Origin: an uncultured Nitrospiraceae bacterium
GTDB taxonomy: Bacteria; Nitrospirota; Thermodesulfovibrionia; Thermodesulfovibrionales; Dissulfurispiraceae
Reading direction: 5' to 3'
DNA length: 33,312 nt
NCBI GenBank assembly: GCA_947085205.1
Contig: CAMTVO010000032.1
Location: forward strand, 1-33,312
Shown: positions 27,660 through 33,312 of the stretch, one piece after another
Layout: every line of letters begins with the position of its first letter
Numbering within the stretch: position 1 is the first letter of the stretch
Position numbers and translations under genes: made by a program
The notes under the pieces: model-generated
Databases searched by the model: none
Seen by the model: only the letters and a program-made list of their open reading frames with translations
What the model was told of the DNA's origin: nothing

Positions 27660-29927
27660 TCAAGAACCCGATAAACTCTCCAGAAAATACATTGCCCCTT
27701 TTTTGTCCAGCGGCTGATTTGCGGAGCCGCAATGGGAGTCCTGCACGCATGAGGGGCATCCTTCTTCACAGTCGCAGTTCTGTATTATCTCAATCGAGGA
27801 TTTTATCCACCCCTGAGGTGCATTGAGGACTCTCTTTGTGAGTCCTATACCGCCTTCGTATCCGTCATAAATGAAAATTGCAGGCAGCTTGAATTCAGGA
27901 TATATCGGATAGCTGTAGCCGCCTATGTCGCCTTTGTCGCATAATGCAAATAAGGGCATACATGCAATGGTTACATGTTCTGCTGCATGGAGTGTTCCCG
28001 GTAGGTTAAAACCCCTGTCAATGATCTTTTCGGCGAGATTCTTATGGATGACCATCCATATGCCCTCTGTGTCGAATATGTATTCAGGCATTTCCACAGT
28101 GTGCCTTGATATTTTTGTTCCGTCAAAAATATTCTTTTTATCATAGCCTATCACCTTATATGTGATTCTCATCCTGCCGTGATAAAACTCGACATCACGG
28201 CTTAACCGGCTCTTATGCCTCATTAAAACATCTGTAATCTCCACATGCTCGTTTGACAATGCATTTGTATAATAATTTGCATCGATCTCCCTGCATACGG
28301 CTTCGTTTCTTTCAAGGTCAAGCTCCAACACCTGATATTGCTTTCCTCTGTGAAGATATATTGCGCCCGGAAACGCCTCTCTGTAAATTCTTCTTCCGTC
28401 TAAATCTCCAATGTGCCTGTTGTGCTGGTCTTTTACCTTTAGCGGCCTTCCTATGCTCCTGATTCCGATTTCCCTCTGCGGCATTCTCTTTTTTGAAAAC
28501 CAGATGTCGCCGAGTTTTCCTGCTCTTAGGCTGTTTTCACTTATAAGTTCTTCGATAATATCATGCATTTTATCCATGTCATATACTTTATCGTCTGCCC
28601 TCAGATAAACCTCATCAGCAGCGCACACGAGATGTTTTTTGAGAAGGTTCCTGTTATTTGGGTCGCAGGTCGATGTCTCATGCGGCTTTTCGAAAAATGC
28701 TTCAGGATGAGCTGTAAAATACCGGTCGAGCGCATCTTTTATCGCAACCATTACTATCAATGATTCCTGCCCGTGCCTTCCGACCCTGCCTGCACGCTGC
28801 CATGTGCTTGAGATTGATCCCGGATAGCCGCAGAGTATGCATACATCGAGTCCTCCGATATCGACGCCTAATTCAAGGGCGCTTGTTGAGATAACTCCCA
28901 TAAGCTCGCCACTAAAGAGTTTTTGCTCGATCTCTCTTCTTTCTGATGGAAGGAATCCTGCCCTGTAAGGGCTTATTTTATGAGCCATTAGTGGCGCACG
29001 TTCGATGCTCCATTTATAGATTAATTCCGTAATCTTCCTTGCCTTTGTGAAGAGTATTGTCCTTAATCCTGAATTGATGCTTTTCAGAAATATCCTTGTC
29101 GCCTCTGTATAAGAACTGTCAAGGGGATTTAGGAACAGGAAATGTTTTCCCGACTGCGGAGCGCCTGTTTTATCTATGACATCAAATGGAGTTCCAATGA
29201 GTATTTCTGCGAGTTCCTTTGGATTTGCAATAGTGGCTGAGCATGCTATGAATTGTGGATTACTTCCCCAGTAATCGCATATTCTTCTTAATCTTCTGAA
29301 GACATGGCTGACATTCGAGCCGAACACGCCCCTGTATGTATGGATTTCATCAACGACTATGTATTTTAAATTCTTAAAAAACTCTTCCCATTTCTTGTGG
29401 AATGGGTTAAGCGCAAGGTGAATCATGTCTGGATTTGTGAATATGGCATTAGGGATTTTCTCTCTTATCTTCTTTCTTCTGTAAGGTGTTGTGTCGCCGT
29501 CATAAACGGCACAGAGTTGAGAGTTATGGGTTACTCGAACCATGTTAAGAAGTTCATTCAGATTCTTTACCTGATCTTGCTCCAGCCCTTTTAGAGGAAA
29601 TATGTAGAGAGCCCTTGTTTCAGGGTTTTCGAGGATGGATTCTATTACAGGGATATTGTAGATAAGGCTCTTTCCGCTGGCAGTGGGAGTCATGACAACA
29701 ACATTATGTCCTTGTCTTATAAGCTCAATGCCTTCTGCCTGATGATTGTAAAATTTTTCTATTCCTCTATTTTTCAGGACATGCCTTAATTCTTTCTTTA
29801 TTTCTATATCCTTATAATCCGCCTCTTTCGAATGGATGTATTCATGGGCTGTGATCCCGATGCTGATATGGCGGTCATTTTTCAGCGTCTCGATGAAATC
29901 CCTGACGGTTATCAAATCCTGCATCAT
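27660..29927 (-). CDS. DEAH-box helicase with C-terminal DUF1998 Cys cluster (YprA/MrfA/SftH family)
   Basis: TPTASGKS, VDEIHTY, SAT, STSALELGVDIG, QRAGRVGR, CDCEEGCPSC. Confidence 0.9.
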   Translation of the reverse strand: MMQDLITVRDFIETLKNDRHISIGITAHEYIHSKEADYKDIEIKKELRHVLKNRGIEKFYNHQAEGIELIRQGHNVVVMTPTASGKSLIYNIPVIESILENPETRALYIFPLKGLEQDQVKNLNELLNMVRVTHNSQLCAVYDGDTTPYRRKKIREKIPNAIFTNPDMIHLALNPFHKKWEEFFKNLKYIVVDEIHTYRGVFGSNVSHVFRRLRRICDYWGSNPQFIACSATIANPKELAEILIGTPFDVIDKTGAPQSGKHFLFLNPLDSSYTEATRIFLKSINSGLRTILFTKARKITELIYKWSIERAPLMAHKISPYRAGFLPSERREIEQKLFSGELMGVISTSALELGVDIGGLDVCILCGYPGSISSTWQRAGRVGRHGQESLIVMVAIKDALDRYFTAHPEAFFEKPHETSTCDPNNRNLLKKHLVCAADEVYLRADDKVYDMDKMHDIIEELISENSLRAGKLGDIWFSKKRMPQREIGIRSIGRPLKVKDQHNRHIGDLDGRRIYREAFPGAIYLHRGKQYQVLELDLERNEAVCREIDANYYTNALSNEHVEITDVLMRHKSRLSRDVEFYHGRMRITYKVIGYDKKNIFDGTKISRHTVEMPEYIFDTEGIWMVIHKNLAEKIIDRGFNLPGTLHAAEHVTIACMPLFALCDKGDIGGYSYPIYPEFKLPAIFIYDGYEGGIGLTKRVLNAPQGWIKSSIEIIQNCDCEEGCPSCVQDSHCGSANQPLDKKGAMYFLESLSGS

Positions 29928-29987
29928 TTATTAAAACAGATAATTGGTGGTTTGTTCTACATTTCTGAAAAGGATGGATGGGAAGAA

Positions 29988-31268
29988 CTACTTCACAACC
30001 ACTACATGCACAGAACATGATATGCACGGGTCATAGCTTCTGATGATCTTTTCGCTTTGCTTTTTGATGAAATCTTCAGATTTATCTCCATTGTTTTGGA
30101 GAAAGTGGTATATATCCCTTTCCATAGGTCCAAGGTTCTGGGATGTGGGTGGAATAATAGTGCAGCCTTTCACATGTCCATAATCGTCCAGTTCATACCT
30201 GTGAATGAGAATACCCCGCGGAGCCTCTGTTATCCATACAGCCTCACCTGCTCTCGGTTCGAAGTCAATGAAAGGTTTACCAGGCTTCTCGTATTCTTTT
30301 ATAATTCTTATTGCCTCATGGAATGCATATGCCAATTCCACCGACCTTGCAATTATGCCCATCTGGGTGTTTGTTATGGGAAGCGATATGCCTGCCTCTT
30401 TAATAATATTTTTAATCTCTGACGGAAGTTTATCGCAATTCAGATTCAGCCTTGATACAGGGCCAACGATGTAAGGGCTTACTGATGAGTCCCTCTTAAT
30501 TCCTGAGTGAAGGGCTGTCGAATATTCCACCTGATATTCCTGAATGATTTCCAGAAATTTATCCATGGGCATATCCAATCCTTTATTTGATACGACATTG
30601 CCGTGATTCATGGGATATTCATCAGGATGACTCAGAGAAACATATTCCATATCCCAAGAATTGCCGTTGAATTTAAGCCCAGATGCCCACATTATTTCTT
30701 TCAGGGATTCTTCATATGCCTTTTCAAGTTCAGGCAGTAGTGGTGTTAGCGCTTTTCTGTCAGGTATCCTGTAAAAACCCCCAACCCTTACAGATACTGG
30801 ATGTACAGACCTCCCTCCGAGTATTGAAAGAATCTGATTGCCGAGTTTTTTGAAACTCAGTCCCTTTTTTGCAATGGGGATATATTCTTTACCTCCCCAA
30901 GCGCTCTCAATCCCGTAAAAATCAGGGCCCTGAAGGAGGTATATATGCAAGGCATGGCTTTCTATCCATTCGCCGCAATACAATAACCTTCTTAATTTCC
31001 GTATCGGTTTTTCGACAGTTATCCCGAATATCTTTTCTATTGTGTGCACCGAGCTCATCTGGTATGCCACAGGACATATGCCGCAGATCCTCGCAGTAAA
31101 GTCCATAACATCAGAATGGGGTCTTCCCTTCAGGAATGACTCAAAGAATCTGGGTGCCTCGAAAATATTTACATGGAGTTTTGCCGGCCTGCCGTCTTTT
31201 ATCTCGATGGTAAGACCGCCTTCTCCTTCGACCCTCGATAGATAATCAATCTTAATAATTTTGTTCAT
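29988..31268 (-). CDS. Group 3b [NiFe] hydrogenase large (alpha) subunit (start moved to 31268)
   Basis: RVEGEG, RICGIC, EAPRG, DPCISCSVH plus 5-aa tail. Confidence 0.92.
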   Translation of the reverse strand: MNKIIKIDYLSRVEGEGGLTIEIKDGRPAKLHVNIFEAPRFFESFLKGRPHSDVMDFTARICGICPVAYQMSSVHTIEKIFGITVEKPIRKLRRLLYCGEWIESHALHIYLLQGPDFYGIESAWGGKEYIPIAKKGLSFKKLGNQILSILGGRSVHPVSVRVGGFYRIPDRKALTPLLPELEKAYEESLKEIMWASGLKFNGNSWDMEYVSLSHPDEYPMNHGNVVSNKGLDMPMDKFLEIIQEYQVEYSTALHSGIKRDSSVSPYIVGPVSRLNLNCDKLPSEIKNIIKEAGISLPITNTQMGIIARSVELAYAFHEAIRIIKEYEKPGKPFIDFEPRAGEAVWITEAPRGILIHRYELDDYGHVKGCTIIPPTSQNLGPMERDIYHFLQNNGDKSEDFIKKQSEKIIRSYDPCISCSVHVVVVK

Positions 31269-31288
31269 TCTGTCTCTCCACCACTCCA

Positions 31289-32074
31289 TTACCACTGCTT
31301 GCTGCTTTCAATTCGCACCTTCCTGTAAGCGTATGAGTTCATCTTGTCCAGAAGCGAGACACATTCCTTCTGTGTTAATTTTATGTTCTGGCCCATGTTC
31401 TGGAAATGCTTTAAAAGGGATTCTATATTTGCATCATCCTTGGGGCCGAAACATCCGTAACACGGCCTTCCGAATGATGTGCATATGGCTCCGCATCCTG
31501 CCTTTGTAATGGGGCCGAGACAAGGCTCTGCCTTTGAAACAAGGATGCATGGGATGCCGTGCCTTTTGCATTCCATGCACAAACTGTATCGCGGTATGGT
31601 AGGTCTTTTCCCTATAAGGAATGATATGAGCGTCTCTGAAAGGGCGTCCTTATTTATGGGACATCCCCATAGTTCGTAATCAACATATACATGATCCGAT
31701 ATGGGTGTTGATGTTGAAAGGGCATTGATAATGTCTGGCGATGGATAGACATATTTTTTATAGGATGAAATGCTTGCCCAGTTCCTCAATGCCTGAAGCC
31801 CTCCTGATGTGGCGCATGCTCCTATGGTAATCAATAACCTTGACCTTTCCCTGACATCTATGATGTCTTCTTTTTGCCAGTCCGTGGATATGGAACCCTC
31901 TACAACGGCTATGTCGAATTGTCCTTTCAGAGGCTTGTCTGTGGCTACACGGAAATAAGCGATATCAAAGAGTTCGAGGATGTCTAAAATCTCATCCTCC
32001 ATATTCAGGATAGTAAGCTGACAGCCGTCGCATGATGTGAATTTAAATACGCCTATCCTTGGTCTCTTCATCAT
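31289..32074 (-). CDS. Group 3b hydrogenase small (delta) subunit
   Basis: SCDGCQ, IGACATSGG, GCP, CMECK, CLGP, CYGCFGP. Confidence 0.9.
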   Translation of the reverse strand: MMKRPRIGVFKFTSCDGCQLTILNMEDEILDILELFDIAYFRVATDKPLKGQFDIAVVEGSISTDWQKEDIIDVRERSRLLITIGACATSGGLQALRNWASISSYKKYVYPSPDIINALSTSTPISDHVYVDYELWGCPINKDALSETLISFLIGKRPTIPRYSLCMECKRHGIPCILVSKAEPCLGPITKAGCGAICTSFGRPCYGCFGPKDDANIESLLKHFQNMGQNIKLTQKECVSLLDKMNSYAYRKVRIESSKQW

Positions 32075-32084
32075 ATCTCACTCA

Positions 32085-32120
32085 CCCTCCCAAAAGTCTC
32101 TCGACTTTTTGGAAACCTCC
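32085..32120. repeat. Second copy of the small palindromic element, flanked by GGAGG direct repeats
   Basis: Minus strand GGAGG-TTTCCAAAAAGTC-GAGA-GACTTTTG-GGAGG. Confidence 0.65.
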
Positions 32121-32966
32121 TTAGATTTCTTTTATCCCCAAGAAACCTTCAATATCCGTAAACCTGAATACAGGTCCGTCCTTGCACACAAACCTCGGGC
32201 CGAACATGCAGTGTCCGCAGACGCCCATACCGCAGTTCATATTCCTCTCCATGGAAATGAATATCTTTTCCCCTGGAACGCCTCTCAATATCAGCTCTTT
32301 TGTCATGCTCTGTATCATTACTTCAGGCCCGCACATAAAGACTACAGTATTGAGGGGGTTGAATGAAACCTTGTTTAGAAGCCCGGTTATAAGACCTACA
32401 TCACCCCTCCAATATTCCTCTGGGTCTGCCTTGTCCACAGTAAGAAAGACCTGAAACGCATCTGCATATCTTGGAAACTCATCCCTGAATATCATATCTT
32501 TTGGTGTTTTAGCGCCATAAAGTATTATCGGCGGCTTTTGCAAAGGTGATTTTACTCCTTTTGAGCGCTTTAGTATATGTCTTATGACGGACCTCAAAGG
32601 TGCAATGCCCAGTCCGCCGGCAACTAATATCAAATGCCTGTCTTCTATCTCCTCAAGGGGCCAGCTGCTGCCGAAAGGCCCTCTCACGCCTATGACATCA
32701 CCGGCATTCAGCCTCGAAATGTACGTGGTAACATCCCCGGCAATCCTTATTGTATGCATAAGGTCGTGATCCGATGGTGCGGAGCTTATGGATATGGGGG
32801 CTTCGCCGATGCCAGGGATATAGAGCATATTGAACTGTCCGGGCTTAAAAGTATAATACCTCTGAATCTCCCTGCTGTTGATCTTCAGGGCGTATGTGGC
32901 TGTATCCCTCGTCTCTTTTTTAATCCACCTTATTGTGGCCTCAAATGGAATGGATTTATCGTACAT
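32121..32966 (-). CDS. Group 3b hydrogenase gamma subunit (FAD/NAD(P)-binding, 2Fe-2S; start moved to 32966)
   Basis: PGQFNML, RGPFG, AGGLGIAPLR, CGPEVM, CGMGVCGHC, CKDGPVF. Confidence 0.92.
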   Translation of the reverse strand: MYDKSIPFEATIRWIKKETRDTATYALKINSREIQRYYTFKPGQFNMLYIPGIGEAPISISSAPSDHDLMHTIRIAGDVTTYISRLNAGDVIGVRGPFGSSWPLEEIEDRHLILVAGGLGIAPLRSVIRHILKRSKGVKSPLQKPPIILYGAKTPKDMIFRDEFPRYADAFQVFLTVDKADPEEYWRGDVGLITGLLNKVSFNPLNTVVFMCGPEVMIQSMTKELILRGVPGEKIFISMERNMNCGMGVCGHCMFGPRFVCKDGPVFRFTDIEGFLGIKEI

Positions 32967-33013
32967 ATTTTCTTCCTTTCCCCAACATTTCTCTCCAATA
33001 CTCCATTGCTCCC

Positions 33014-33312
33014 TCACTTCCTCATCGCGTCCAGTTCCTGTGTAATGTCTATCCCGACAGGGCACCATGTGATGCACCTGCCGCAGCCCACACATCCAGG
33101 CGAGCCGAATTGGTCTATCCAGTAAGCAAACTTATGGGACATCCATTGCCTGTATCTCGCCTTTCTTGAAGGTCTGAAATTGCCTCCATGCACCCTTGCG
33201 AAATTTGTGGAAAAACAGGAATCCCATGTCCTTATCCTAAAACCGGAGAATTCGGGTGATTTCTTTGATATGCTTGATAACCTGATTTGGTCATAACTCG
33301 AATTGCAGAAAC
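33014..33312 (-). CDS. Group 3b hydrogenase beta subunit (4Fe-4S), C-terminal part (partial; not in ORF track)
   Basis: Hand translation ...RTWDSCF...[47 protein letters not shown]. Confidence 0.92.
   Translation of the reverse strand, partial: FCNSSYDQIRLSSISKKSPEFSGFRIRTWDSCFSTNFARVHGGNFRPSRKARYRQWMSHKFAYWIDQFGSPGCVGCGRCITWCPVGIDITQELDAMRK

Noticed and set aside
29988..30040. [NiFeSe] hydrogenase
   Set aside because: The C-terminal DPCISC uses TGC and TGT codons, with no in-frame UGA.
171..33169. Many opposite-strand or alternative-frame ORFs in the track (e.g. 2115-2471, 12363-12884, 19986-20444, 32634-33125)
   Set aside because: They overlap well-supported genes and have no recognisable motifs; shadow ORFs.

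Overview
Bacterial chromosome segment, most plausibly Nitrospirota/Thermodesulfovibrionia-like (my inference from protein style and gene content; not verified). 1-14.4 kb (+): 3' end of tuf and the S10-spc-alpha cluster (rpsJ to rplQ, with secY, map, infA, rpoA). rpmD (L30) and adk are missing from their usual positions. A small membrane ORF not in the ORF track is coupled to rplQ. It has an in-frame UGA followed by a hairpin, so it is a candidate selenoprotein. 14.6-15.6 kb: terminator, nested REP-like/MITE debris, and a VapBC-type pair whose toxin is truncated. 15.6-33.3 kb (-): DUF116, fmt, def, archaeal-type SAM synthetase, MlaD/F/E-like transporter, lipid A late acyltransferase, LonC-type protease, XerD, a YprB/MrfB exonuclease and YprA/MrfA helicase split by hicAB, and a group 3b [NiFe] hydrogenase operon (beta partial). 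More than 15 short 6-9 nt tandem arrays, often with inverted arms, sit at gene junctions and in-frame inside proteins (XerD, Fmt, LpxL, helicase). A ~30 nt palindrome flanked by direct repeats occurs twice, and one copy apparently removed the original L4 stop codon.
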